NCBI GenBank assembly: GCA_047495785.1
Contig: JBLDXI010000012.1
Coordinates: 372,001 to 436,000, forward strand
Direction: 5' to 3'
Origin: Lepidodermella squamata
Lineage: Eukaryota; Animalia; Gastrotricha
Length of the DNA: 64,000 nt
In this document: piece by piece, positions 13,608 to 25,624 of the stretch
Layout of the letters: every line of letters starts with the position of its first letter
Position numbering within the stretch: position 1 is the first letter of the stretch
Program-made: the position numbers and the translations under genes
Notes under the pieces: generated by a model
Told to the model about the DNA's origin: nothing
Database searches by the model: none
The model's input: only the letters and a program-made list of their open reading frames with translations

Positions 13608-15266
13608 ATGGCCGAGGAAGAGGAAGAAGATTTCAATGACGAGCCTGTTGAAGGTAATTTCCACACGCTTGAAATTCATTTAATTAATCAATTCCAATCA
13701 TTAGATGACGCTGCAGGCGATGGCGACGAAGACGATCTCGACAAGGCAGCTGATGATAAGCCAGAGGGAGATGAGGTATGACTGAAGTCTGCTGTTTGAA
13801 CCCTGCAAAGCTATTTCAATCCAATTGTAGGAAGAAAAAGAGCACGGAGAGGAGGGTAAGGAGAATTCAAATAAATAAACTCCGACATTGCAATTGTTTT
13901 GAACTTTCGCAGAAGAAGAGGAAAAAGAAAAGGACGAAGAAGAGGTGAGTCCCATAGTCAGAGACGAGAGCCACTAAGACTTATTCTTTCGGATTAGAAA
14001 TTTATGCCAGTTCCTCTAACCGAACAATTAGCGGGAAGTTCCTTATCATTACTTTGCAAAATTGGCGATGGATTGGCCCATGCATACGTTAAAATGGAAC
14101 TGCCCAGCAGGTTTGTTGCCAAGGAAGGTGTGAGTTACCAGGCTAATAAAATATATTTCTCGCAGGAATTTGACGGACATCTCCCTGATGCGCAACTTCA
14201 TCCATGTTAGATATGTCAATATTTCAAAGAATAAATTAAAGGACATATCTGCTCTCGGTGGCTTAACACATTTGCTGACTCTGAATGCGTCAGACAATCT
14301 CCTTACGACATGCGCGCTCCCAGACATGCCTTACCTGCAAGTCGCTCAATTCTCCGGAAATCGCATCAGATTTATTGATGGGGTGAATCATCCAATGTTG
14401 GAGCATCTAAATTTGAATGGTACGTGATATTTCTTATGCAATTTCGTCATATTTATTCTTTACTGATGTCACCTCAAGACAACGAAATCACACGGTTTTC
14501 TGGCTTGGATCCCGATAAACTTTTGCGTCTGCACACATTGGAATTACGCGGAAACAAAATCAAGTCTCTAGAGGGCCTCAATCTTCCCAACCTCAGGAAT
14601 TTATGGATTGTAAATTTTATATTTCCTTACGTGGCTTCAACAAACAATTTTCTTCTACTATAGGCGAAAAATAAGCTGGAAAACTTCAAAGGAGTGGACA
14701 AACTTGCCAGTCTTATGACCCTTCATGTCAGAGATAATGAAATCGTGGATTTGGTTGGTTTCACGGAACGCAATGCATCTCTTCAGTATCTGAACTTGCG
14801 AGGAAACAAAGTAAAAGCTAATTGGATAATTATTATAATTTTCATCGAACTCCTGACTACTTGATAAAGGTTCCGGACATGGCTGAAATTAAGAAATTAG
14901 CGCTTCTGCAGTCGCTTAAGGCAATCGTTATGATCGAAAATCCCATAACTGAAGACACTGACTACAGACTGGAAATGTTGGTGCAACTTCGCCGACTAGA
15001 AAGACTCGACAAAGATGAATACACTGAAGATGAACGAGGCGAAGCTGAGGAGGTAAAACAATATAAGCTACGTCATCATATCAATATTTTTAATTGTTAC
15101 TCTTTTGAAGACTGCTGAGACTAGGCGTCAAGAAGAGCTTGAGAAACAGCGGCAAGAAGAAGAAATCAGAGCTATTCGAGAAGCAGCGCTTAGAGAAGCG
15201 GAGGAGGCCCAACAAGGTGGCGGTGTTGCCGACGGCGAAGTTGTGGATGATCCTGCAGCTGAGTAA
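13608..15266 (+). CDS. LRRC23: Leucine-rich repeat protein 23 (radial-spoke-associated LRR protein)
   Basis: Acidic N-terminus on micro-exons, then SLSLLCKIGDGLAHAYVK, LTDISL..FIHVRYVNISKN, SDS22-like LRRs and YRLEMLVQLRRLERLDKDEYTEDER. Confidence 0.85.
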
Positions 15267-16420
15267 CTTCGGAGCTTCTTGTATTACTGAATAATTATAT
15301 TGCTATGTCAATTAACTGTGATAAGTTATAGCATAAAACCAGTAAAATAATATCGCACTGTATTCATAGCGGGAATTCTCGTTACCAACCGAGCTGTGAA
15401 TTCAACTTTCAAAATCAAACGCACAAGGTTTTCGAAGTTAGCGATTTACCGTGAAACTTCACATTTCCAATTCATTTGCGAGACAGTCCTTACTCATCAG
15501 GCGCCTCAGGCCATATATAAACTCAGATCTGCGTTAATCTAATGGTTCCGCAATAGAAGGAGCTCGGCCAAGTCCAAGATCGCTTCTTCAGAGTCACAGG
15601 GAAAAAACACAGCCTCTTGCACAGCGCAAGTTTGTTGGATTTATGTGCCACGTCTACAAAATCTGCTCGACGCGATTCAGATTAACTCCGGGCGAGTAAG
15701 AGTGGCGAAAAGACCAATGCGAAATGGGAAATGTGAAAATATAAAATATCGATCTTCTCTCGCCGAGCTCCTATTGAGAAATTGAGCCGTTTATGATAGA
15801 CAACTGCAACACACTTTCGCGGAAAGTGTTTCCTCTCCTACATAAATAAATATGAGCAGAATAAGAGCGTGAGCTGGAGTTTTTTATGTTGGTTTTTATG
15901 TTGGCGATTTTGGCTCATATTAAATCATCCTGCTTTATCCATCAGTTTTGTCATAAATTGTCATCAGTTTTGCTTGGCATTTAGACTTCAGTATGCCTGC
16001 GATCTTTAGAAGCATGTAAAAATCAGATGTCTAGAGTCTAGGGGCAAAAATTGTCGCGTATGATTGGTTGATTGGGCCTGTCTTTGTCCAGAATCCATAA
16101 AATGAAAAATTACTGCGGTTAAATTAGCTCCAGAAATGACCCCAATGTTATTCATAAATAAAGGTACATGTAATTTAATACTGAATTTGCAGTGTATTTA
16201 TTTTGTTGTTTGCCTTCAACTTTAGCGCCAAAAATTGGGGCAGCGTTTTATTTTTGACGCTTATTGTTGGCGCGCGCTTGAAGTTTTGAGCGCGTTCCTA
16301 CGCATTCGGTGAATGACAGACTACATAGGAAACTGCGCGTGCTCTTGATACCGGAAGTATGTTGTGAATGTATGCTTTTATCCTGAGTTTTTGTCTTTTG
16401 CTAGGAGCTATTGTTACATT

Positions 16421-17273
16421 ATGACCTCCATAGCTACTTCTTTGACGAGGTTTTTTCGGCTGAAACCGGTCTGCTATTCTGTGGTTAACATGAACATCGC
16501 GAAAAGAACTTTTCATAAATCCCAGCCGCGTTACGACTTGGTTGAGTTTTTTGATAATGAGAAAAACTGGGGCGAAGTAGAGGTTAAAACAGGTAGTAAA
16601 TTTGACGATTGTAATTTGGGTATTGTTACATAATTTGCTTAGGTCGGCCTTGGCGGCATGATGAATTGCGCTTGAAAAGCAATACAGATATCCACAAGCT
16701 TTGGTACGTATTGCTCAAAGAAAGAAACATGTTGCTCACCATGGAGCATGAATACAAGAGACGTCTAGAGTTGTTTCCCAGTCCTGAACGCATTTGGAAA
16801 GTGGAAGAAAGCATGCGAAATATTATGGATATTGTTAGCGAACGTAATCGGGCATACCATCTACTTGAATCGGGCAAAACTGGCGAACCGGAGAAAGAAC
16901 TAGTTCAGAATGAGCTGGGCTTGTTGGTTTGGCGCAGACAGCAGGAGTGGCATGTACCTCAAGCTCTTAACCGGAGTTTTTCGAAAACTGTACGTTTATT
17001 TACCACTTCGCAATATTTAGAAGTTTAAGGTTGCAATTATTTGTTTGCTAGGCCTGGTATGTTCCCATACATAAAGAAATATCTGCCATGCATCGTCTTA
17101 TCCGCGAGAAAGAGCTCGCTAAAAAACGTCGCATGGAGAAGCAGATTACTGCCAGAGCTGCTTTGTTGAAACGTAACTTCCCTGATGCTAGTAATGAGGC
17201 GTGTTTGCAAGCTGCTGAGCGTCAAATCGGGGAACGATATAAACGCGTGTGGGAGGTTGAGCCACCGTTTTGA
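16421..17273 (+). CDS. MRPL47: Mitochondrial ribosomal protein L47 (uL29m), 3 exons
   Basis: Basic presequence, LVEFFD..KNWGE..VKTGRPW..DELRLKSNTDIHKLWYVLLKERNMLLT, PSPERIWKVEESM. Confidence 0.95.
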
Positions 17274-17430
17274 ATTCCATCCACACACCGCACATAAAGG
17301 GCAAACCTTTTTCATGCTGTGCCGTCAATAAATAGCTTCCTGTTTTTCATTTCAGCTTCTAATATTTACGTTCTACCATTATCTTCGATAGATTTATTAA
17401 ACAAGCTGACTGCCTCCCGACTTTATTTAA

Positions 17431-19001
17431 ATGCTTACTGAATTGTACCTATCATGGTCACTGGTGTTCCTGTATTTGCCTACTATCATCGCGTTTATTT
17501 TTGTCGTTACCTACTGCATTGTCTGGGTTCAGTTCCTGCTTTCGCTGCTCACCAGTATTTTCTATCTCTACCGTAAACCTAATATCACAAATGCGAATGC
17601 TGCGAAACTGCCAGGTGTGTCAATTGTGAAACCACTTATGGGCGTGGACTCTTGTCTCGAAGAAAACCTCGAGAGTCATTTCAAGCTCAAATACGAAGGA
17701 CCTTACGAACTGCTTTTTTGCGTCGAAGACCCGACGGATTCTTCTCTAGATGTTGTTGATCGTCTTCTCAAGAAGTATCCTCACGTGGACTGCCGTATTT
17801 TCAAAGGCCCCACTCAACCTATAGTTAATCCGATGGTTCGCAATATGGTTCAAGGTTACGATGCGGCCAAGTATGATCTCATTTGGATTTGCACTAGTCG
17901 AGTCAAAGGTAAACCCTTATTAGCTTTTTCTAGCCGTCCAGCTTATTTTCTTTTTTTTGTAGTTAACGATGACATTATGAACGATTTGGTGCTAAAACTG
18001 ACTGCTTCGCCTAATATGGAACTGGTTCATCAAATGCCCTACTTTCTTGACACTCCGCCGAGCTGTATGCCCCAGGAGCCTGCTACTCCCCCGCGGCGTT
18101 CTTCGCCGAATCTGGCTCAGAGCCCCCAGCAAACACCTTTCCTTCAGGGTTATCCACTTGCAACATCACTACCAACGTCACCTGTGTCAACAGCTTCGGT
18201 CTTCAGTCATAAAAATGACACTGCCAAACAGCTTTCGGCTTCTAAATCTTGTTCAGTGGGAGCTGCATTGGAGAAGATTTATTTTGGCACGGCTGTTCCT
18301 AGGTCTTACTTTTTCCTGTGGGTGATTGGCCAGAGGTGTTTTACTGGCATGTCTTACGTTTTCCGCAAGTCATCCCTCGATCGTACGGGCGGTCTGGCGT
18401 TCTATGGTCGTTATCTCGCCGAAGATTTCTACATTTGCCAAGCGCTGTGCAAAATTGGTAAGCAGACCATCTCGACATATCCTGCGCTACAAAATGTTGG
18501 CGATACGAGCCTGGTTGCTCTCAAAGATCGTCTCGTAAGGTGGATGCGTCTGCGCATAAGCACTGTTCCAAGCATCAGCATGTACCTTGAGGTTGGTTTT
18601 ATTACTAATAAATGAGTCTCTGTTAAAAAATCTTTTTTTTTCAGCCCATGCAAGAATGCATTCCGTGTGGATTAGCGGTTTCTTGGGCTATCGTTGTGCA
18701 TTTCCAGATGTTGCCATATTTTTCATTTGTTTCTTTCCTACTTCTGCATACCGTTGCTTGGTTCGTGCTCGAGGCGTTTTTGTTCCATTCAATTGCACGC
18801 TGCCGCACTTCGCTCGGCTTCTCCTTCGGCTACATTTTCGCCTGGGCTCTACGCCAGCTTCTGTCTTTATACGTGTATTTCGAGTCCTATCTCAACCCGT
18901 TCACCATCAGGTGGGGGCCGCGAGTTTATCGTATGACCTTTTCTACGGGCGAAGCGACGCTAGTCAGCCGCGATCGCCCTTCAACGCCCGATCAAATTTG
19001 A
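17431..19001 (+). CDS. UGCG: Ceramide glucosyltransferase-like GT21 enzyme (divergent motifs)
   Basis: N-terminal TM, PGVSIVKPLMGVD..LEENLESHF, YELLFCVED, LEKIYFGT, TGMS, YLAEDF, RLVRW and C-terminal hydrophobic segments. Introns at about 17909-17962 and 18593-18645. Confidence 0.85.
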
Positions 19002-19451
19002 TCAAAACCGCGCTATTTTGTTAGTTGTTTTGCAAGCTTTGTGATGTTTGTGAAAATCTCATCGTCTTGTCATTCTCACTGCATGTTGTTTTCCTTTCCT
19101 CTCACTCCGATTCGCATTAATGGCTAACAATTGCACGATTTGATTCTTTTTTCTTAATTAAATTGTGCAATTCGAAGGCCAAATATTGTCACCAAATCGC
19201 GTCTCAATTTTATTCTATCTTTTCGGTTTTTATTAAAAAAATGATACTCAGTCGACTTACTCGATTGAGTTTGGAACAACCTATAACTCTGTTCGTGGTC
19301 CAAAATATTTGACTATTACCTCTTTTACCGGCAATAAGTGACAAGATCTACGTAATTTGCTTTCAGCTGTGCATTTTTCTCAAACTATTATGACGCAATT
19401 GACTTAAGATGACCAATGCAGCTATGCAGCCCTGACCAAGGTATTTTTATT

Positions 19452-19581
19452 ACTGATCTTAACCCAGTGAATCTAATCGTATTTTCATACGCAAAGTAAT
19501 GACCTATCTAGAATCAGTGCGATATAAAACTTTTAATAAATCTAATGGCACAATAACTCATATTTTATTACTCTCACATTT
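19452..19581 (+). ncRNA. Candidate intronic box H/ACA snoRNA
   Basis: Begins 11 nt after an AG|GTATTT donor (19441). Hairpin closed by ACTGAT/ATCAGT, H-box-like ATATAA (19522-19527), second hairpin TAATAAA/TTTATTA, then ACA (19576-19578) plus 3 nt; about 130 nt in total. No target identified. Confidence 0.3.
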
Positions 19582-20092
19582 AAAGATGAATCTTGGAGCA
19601 ATGCGTGATTTTCTGGCTTTGTTTTAACGGACTGTGATTGTCTTCCTTAATATTCCTTAAAATGTCGCCGATAAAATAGATAGAGCATTTATCATTTGAT
19701 CTATTCTTTTTAAAACTGAATCAAATCTATATTTCCGTTTTACAGCCGAAACATACCAAAATCACACCTGAAGACGTGTTTCGGGGTGTTTGTGATCACT
19801 CTAGTTGTGGTTTTTTCTACATGTTGTGATCAAATTTTTCGACTCACTTATTATATTATTGGCCACTTGCAGCAGTCAGATTTATTCTTTTTTCTCGGTA
19901 TAAATTATTATCAAATTATTACTATCATTATTATAGTGCATTTGTCTCGTCAAATAATTATTAAATACAGAAATATATGACAGAATGACAGCTATAGATG
20001 TACATGTCTTAATATGAAAAGTAATAAAACGGATTGTTGTTTAAGAACAATTTTGTAAAAAAAATGGGTGTTCTTTTGTGATTTTTTAGGTA

Positions 20093-21542
20093 ATGGCAGG
20101 CTTGCCACCTGTCTCGTGTAGTATATGCACTGAATTATTCCTGTTTTCAAACCAACATGAAGCGACGCAGCTGATAGGCGCAGCGCCCTGTGGACACACC
20201 TTCCACCTTAATTGTCTGAACCAATGGCTGGCGGGTGCGTCAACGTGTCCCCAGTGCCGGTAATTATTGCGCTTTTGAATAGCTCGGCTGAAATTACGGT
20301 TACTTGATCTAGAACAGCTACGCGTAAAAAGCAGGCGATTCGACTGTTTTTCGATATTGCGTCGATCGACAGCGATTCCGCAAGTCAAGTTTCTTCGCTG
20401 GCAGATGGAACGATAAATCGGCTGAATGCGAGAGTCAACGAGTTGAACGACCAGCTGCAATCGAAAATTAGTGCGTTGGAAAAAGCTCGCAGTGAAGCTG
20501 GCCGGCTAGCCGAACATCTAGCGTCCTCGAAAGACCTATGCTCGAAGGCGAAATCAGCCCTGGATGAGGAGAAATCGAAAAATAAAATTTTAAGGCACCG
20601 CTTCGAGGAATTGACAGCCAAGTCGGATAAAGTTGACGAGTTGATCAAGCGGAACGAATCAATGGCTCGTAAAATTTCGATGTTGGACGTGCTTCAAAAA
20701 GCGGCGTTAGATGGTAACAATTCGTAAAAAATTTAAAATTTGATAAAAAATCGTTTTTCTCAGAATGTGAAGCTGAAATCGAGAAATTGCTGAATCCTCA
20801 AAGCGGTCATCCAGACATGAAAGAAGTTCTGACGTGGCTTGCTGTAACCAGTCGCGAACTTCGGTCATCTCAAGGCAAGGTTAAGGCCGTAACTGAAGAG
20901 ATGAAAAAACTGCGCGATCGCTTGGCTGCCGAAAAAGTGCGCTGTTCCAACTTATCTGACGAGTTGCGAAAACGCAACGAGGATTTGACTCGGTGTGAGA
21001 ATGAGCTGAAATCAGCCGAGGAGAAGCTGAAAAAGCAGCAGGCAGAGCTTGCTAAGTACCGAAGTGGCGTTGTTGACGACCAAACGCCGTCGAATAGACC
21101 CGTTAAGTCAGCGTCCTCGGCCTGCCGGGACATTTTCGAAAGCCCGGCTGTTCAGAAAATAACGCCCATGTCCAAGCAGGTTGTTGTTGATGAAAATAAT
21201 GACGATGAGTGTTTGATTGTTGAAACTCTGCCGAAGAAAAGCCGGGTGAATGTGTTGGCCGCGGCTAACGTTAAGGAGGCGTCGCCTGTCACGCCCAATT
21301 CCGTTACTGAATTTCGGAAATTGGCTACCAAAGCGTTGCGAGGCGCGACTGAAGCTCCTATGGCGCCGAATTTCGGGGCTAGCGCCTCAGCTGCCCCAGT
21401 TCAGCCAGTCCAGCCACCGCCGACGCGGAAGGGCTACAACGGTTTGGGTGGGCATTCGATGACTTTCACGTTCCCGGTGCCGAGTCAGAAGCCGAAATCC
21501 TTTCTTACTTTTCCCAGCCAACCAACGAAGAGGAAGTTGTGA
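20093..21542 (+). CDS. TRAIP: TRAF-interacting protein / NOPO-like RING E3 ligase
   Basis: RING CSIC...APCGHTFH..CLNQWL...TCPQCR, long coiled coil, and C-terminal KGYNGLGGH motif; 3 exons. Confidence 0.85.
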
Positions 21543-22265
21543 AGATGATGTGCTCAAATTTTTATTGTAGCATGCTTTTTGAAACTTTTATACGCTTGTG
21601 TAATACCGAATTTTTTATCATGGAAATCGGAAATCGGAAATGGAAAATAAATGATTGTAAAATCGAAGGATTCCTGAACTTCAATTGTTTAAGGTTTCGA
21701 ACAATTTCTCAGATTTTGATGGGTCTATCTACATGCTGCAAGAAGGAGGATTTCTAGAGCTTCGACAATCATTAAATTAACTTAAATATAATTTAATTTG
21801 GATGCATCAGTTGGTAAATACATTCCCGGTTTTTCAAGGTTTGGTAGGTTTCTGTTGTCAATGAATCAGTCTTTTTTTGGTTAAACGGTCGACCTCTCGC
21901 GAACGGTCGACCGATTTATAACCAGCCTCAGCTGTCTTGTCCCGAGGCAATTCGTCCCAGGTCAAAATTTTGTCCCATAAACACGAAGATATCTCTACCT
22001 TCTCGAAACCTCCTGTAGTCGCTTTACTTTCATTCGAAGATTGCGATTTGACTAGGATTAAGTGGTTGGTAAACAGGAAAAACCACGCCTCATTCATGTA
22101 AGGTTACACCAGTTTTGTGTGTCAAACGCGTAGTCAAACGCGACATCACACCTCCGTGAGCACATATTTACAGCTAGACAGATAGACGGTATAAAAAGAG
22201 GCGCAATCTCTTTGAAAGATGAAATCATCAATATCATAACTATATCATCTTATTCAAAATTCAAC

Positions 22266-23008
22266 ATGTTATCCTTTGTTGCTATCGCAATTTTTGGCGT
22301 ACTTGGGGCGTCGGCTCATGGAGGCAAAGGCGGATTCGGCGGTGGTAGCTGGTCATCAGAGGAGAGCGGTTACTACAGCGTTCTAACCAGCACGGTGCAA
22401 ACGTGCCTCGCCACCAAGGTGCAAACCCAGTCGATCGACATTATCATCGACCTGCCTGCCACCAGCCCGTACGGTAAACACGTTGGCCAGTTCATCGAAG
22501 CCGTTAGCACGTCGTTGCCTGCCAACAACGTTTACGTCATTTTCACGAATGGCAATTACCAGACACAGTCACCAGTCCCTGTGTCGAGCTTGTCGACATA
22601 TGCTCCGATGATTACCTCATACTCGAAGCGCCGAACCGTGACGTATAAGCCGACTACGACCGGCACTATGGTTCAAGCCATTCTTAACAACCGCCCGGCT
22701 CGTGAGTTTCAGTTTTGGAATCGAGTGATAAATATTATATCTTCCTGATTTCAGAGCTTCCAACGGCCAAGCCAGCTGGATCAGCAGCCACCCTCTTCAC
22801 AATCATCCTGACCGATTACTCGCAAATGACTCCGATTACTGCCTACCCGACGGGTGATAATGTTGTCATCTACGACCTGAGTGGCAACTTGGCTAATGCT
22901 GCTAAGGGCTACCGCACCCGAAACCTGATCATCCCACAGTCTCTGTACGGTATCGCTCTTACGACGCGTTACCAGATCTGCCAAGCCGCTGGCGGCATTA
23001 CAGCATAA
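22266..23008 (+). CDS. Secreted degenerate vWA-like protein, family member A
   Basis: Signal peptide; TCL...SIDIIIDL, VYVIFTNG, LPTAKP...FTIILTD, VVIYDLSG, TRYQICQAAGG; one intron. TATAAAA at about 22190. Confidence 0.75.
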
Positions 23009-23086
23009 AAATATCGATTCAATAATGTTTCACCAAATCTACTGCTGGCATTAGAATGACGATTCAAACTCTAATAATTATTTATT

Positions 23087-24096
23087 TTATCTCGGAAAAA
23101 TGCTTTGAAGAGTGCTCTTGTTGTAATTGAGAAGCCGGCTTCCTATTTCGTCTGTAACTTTGCCGCTTTCTTCCCGCTCGTCATCGGCATGGCAGCACAG
23201 CCATAAAGCGAATGATAGAGCACATGCCTGTATTGAGAAATAATTATTGAAATAATATAGACATTTTTCAAAAAAATCAAAAATTATTCTTTTACCCACC
23301 TGTGTGATCGAAATCATAATGAGAAGTGCAAGGGTTGTCGTTAGATGAGGTGACATATACTTGTTCCAAATTTCATCCAAGCACCCCTAATAAAATAAAA
23401 CCTGATTTTTTTCAGAAATCAGAAAATGTTATTCACCTTTGAGCAGCCTGTGGAACCCTCGTTGCATTTCTCGATCGGAGGGTACTGCCTGTCACATGCC
23501 GGCAAATCGTGGATGCCGCAGCAATCGAACTGAATACACCGGAATCAGTTGAATTTCGGCTTGAAAATTTACCGAAGTTTACCTGCTGATAGGCAAATAC
23601 CAAAACGCCTTGATATGTAACCGGCTGCTCCATTTCGGCTTCCATGTAATTTCTCAAAACCTCGATAATCTGTAAATATTGTTAACATAATAATGTAAAA
23701 GAAGCTCGAGTTTCGTGTACTTTGTATTGGCCGAATAAGCCGAAAGCAGTGACTGATGTCGAAACAGTGAAGACTATCAAAGTGAATATGAGAAAAATGG
23801 TCAGGCAGTAGAAACTGGAAAACGCAGCGCCGCAACATCCTATAACTATTGTTAAGCAAAATATTGAACCAAGTGCAATCGAGACAGTTCCGATTGCGTG
23901 GACGATTGTCGCAGCTTCCTTTAGGTAGGCTTGCTTGTTCGCCGACATCCATGAGCCGTAAATCACAAGTAACCCACTCAAAAGCTGCAAATTATAGAAA
24001 CTCTGAATTGATGTTTGAACCATGTTGAACACTCACGAAGCAAAAAATGTTGGTGAATAACATCACATTTCTGATGTGGCAATGGAATGACTTCAT
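23087..24096 (-). CDS. Tetraspanin (paralog 1)
   Basis: MKSFHCHIRNVMLFTNIFCF, four TM segments, IGCCGA after TM2, EC2 FDCCG with six Cys and GC before TM4. Confidence 0.85.
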
Positions 24097-24656
24097 CGGA
24101 ACTAGCCAGCTGGCATTATTTTAGGTGTGGAAAAATGGGGTAGGGAAATGGAAGATTTCGATTTTTTTTCATCTTAATTTATATGGAATTTATGCGAAAC
24201 CTAGGGCAATATCATGGGAATAATTTTGAGCAGATGTGGCACGTGTTCTGAGAATCAGCGCTGACCGCAATATTGCGCTCTTCACGATAATAAAAAAATC
24301 GAAGAAAATATAATTTCGACACAACCTTCAGACGGCGTCTATTTTATATATTTTTCCTATTATTTCACGTCATCACAATTAATTAAGGATGAAACCTATT
24401 GAAGAAATGCTCAATAATGATTGGGATCATTTTATTATGAAAAACTGAGCGAAAATAATGGCGACACGGCATCTTTCTCGAAAGTTTTCTGAAAACAATC
24501 AATGCCTTTGATTCTAACGACTAAAAAAGAGTCCTGCTGTAACTGCTTATTTTTTACCGCCAATATGCTGGCGGAAATGGTAAATGACGATAACATGAGC
24601 TTCGAATAAATGCGATATAAAAGAACAGATGATGTTGCGATTGTACGAGTTCTGCA

Positions 24657-25624
24657 TCATGCGCTCCTCTGGGCCACTATGCTGTAGCCTTCTTTACTGC
24701 CTCCTATTTCGCAGCATAGACAAAATGAAAAGCCGATAGCGCACATCTATAGGGGTGAGAAAACTGTTATAGGCATTGTTGTTTTTGGGACTAGAAAATC
24801 TTACGATGACAGCTGAAAGAACCATGAGTATTCCGATGGAACCGTGAATTGTCGGCGCAATGACCTTGTCCCACACCGGTTGGAAACAGCCTGTTAAACA
24901 CCTATTCGAGCCAGATTTGCATATATCGGCCGGTGGGTAATCTGTGTCGCAAGTGGCCATTGGTTCTATTCCACAGCAATTGAACTAAAATTTGGTAAAA
25001 AATTAAGAATTTTTGGGGTTGACGAGTTTCATTAGTTAATCACTCTATTATGAGCTGCTACCATCAGTCCGTCGTAGTCGACTGGCTTTTCGAGTTCTGT
25101 TCTCATGGTCAAGAGGAGAAGTTGTTTGAGCTGTAGGAAATAACAATATTAATCCAACTTTTTCGAAGTTCAGGATAAAAATAGTCTTACAAAGTCTTGC
25201 CAGATCGCTCCCAGCAGTCCAGCGAAGATCGCCGTACATAGCAAGATGACCATAATAAGCATGAACTAATTATCGTAAAAAATGTAATGTCCCATTAATT
25301 GATTGTTGGAAATGTTTTACCGCGAGCAATGCGCCTCGACTTTGGCGAAGCGCGCCGCAGCAGCCAAGGAAAGACGTGATTGAAGTCAGAATGCCGATGC
25401 AAATGAGTGAAGCTCCAACGCCGTGAACTATCATTTTCGCATCTTCCACGATGATATTTGGCTTGCTTATTATGATCCAGGATCCGAAACCAATCAGACC
25501 TATGCCTATCACCTGTTTTCATGCATTCGAATGAAAAAACGAACGAATTTCAATGGCAGTAGTTTACCACGAAGATGATATTAGCCACAATCATCGAGTA
25601 TCTGATGAAGCACTGAGTGAACAT
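24657..25624 (-). CDS. Tetraspanin (paralog 2) with C-terminal GYSIV (YxxPhi) motif
   Basis: MFTQCFIRYSMIVANIIFV, FLGCCGALRQS, EC2 FNCCG...TGC with six Cys, and tail ...KEGYSIVAQRSA*. Confidence 0.87.

Noticed and set aside
19129-19172. AATTGCAC hairpin as a miR-92 family precursor
   Set aside because: The seed-like sequence is at the base of the 5' arm, the hairpin is too short, and the rest does not resemble miR-92.
19458-19468. TAACCC inside the structured region as a telomerase RNA template
   Set aside because: Only one 6-nt unit (CTTAACCCAG), with no alignment repeat and no pseudoknot that I could verify.
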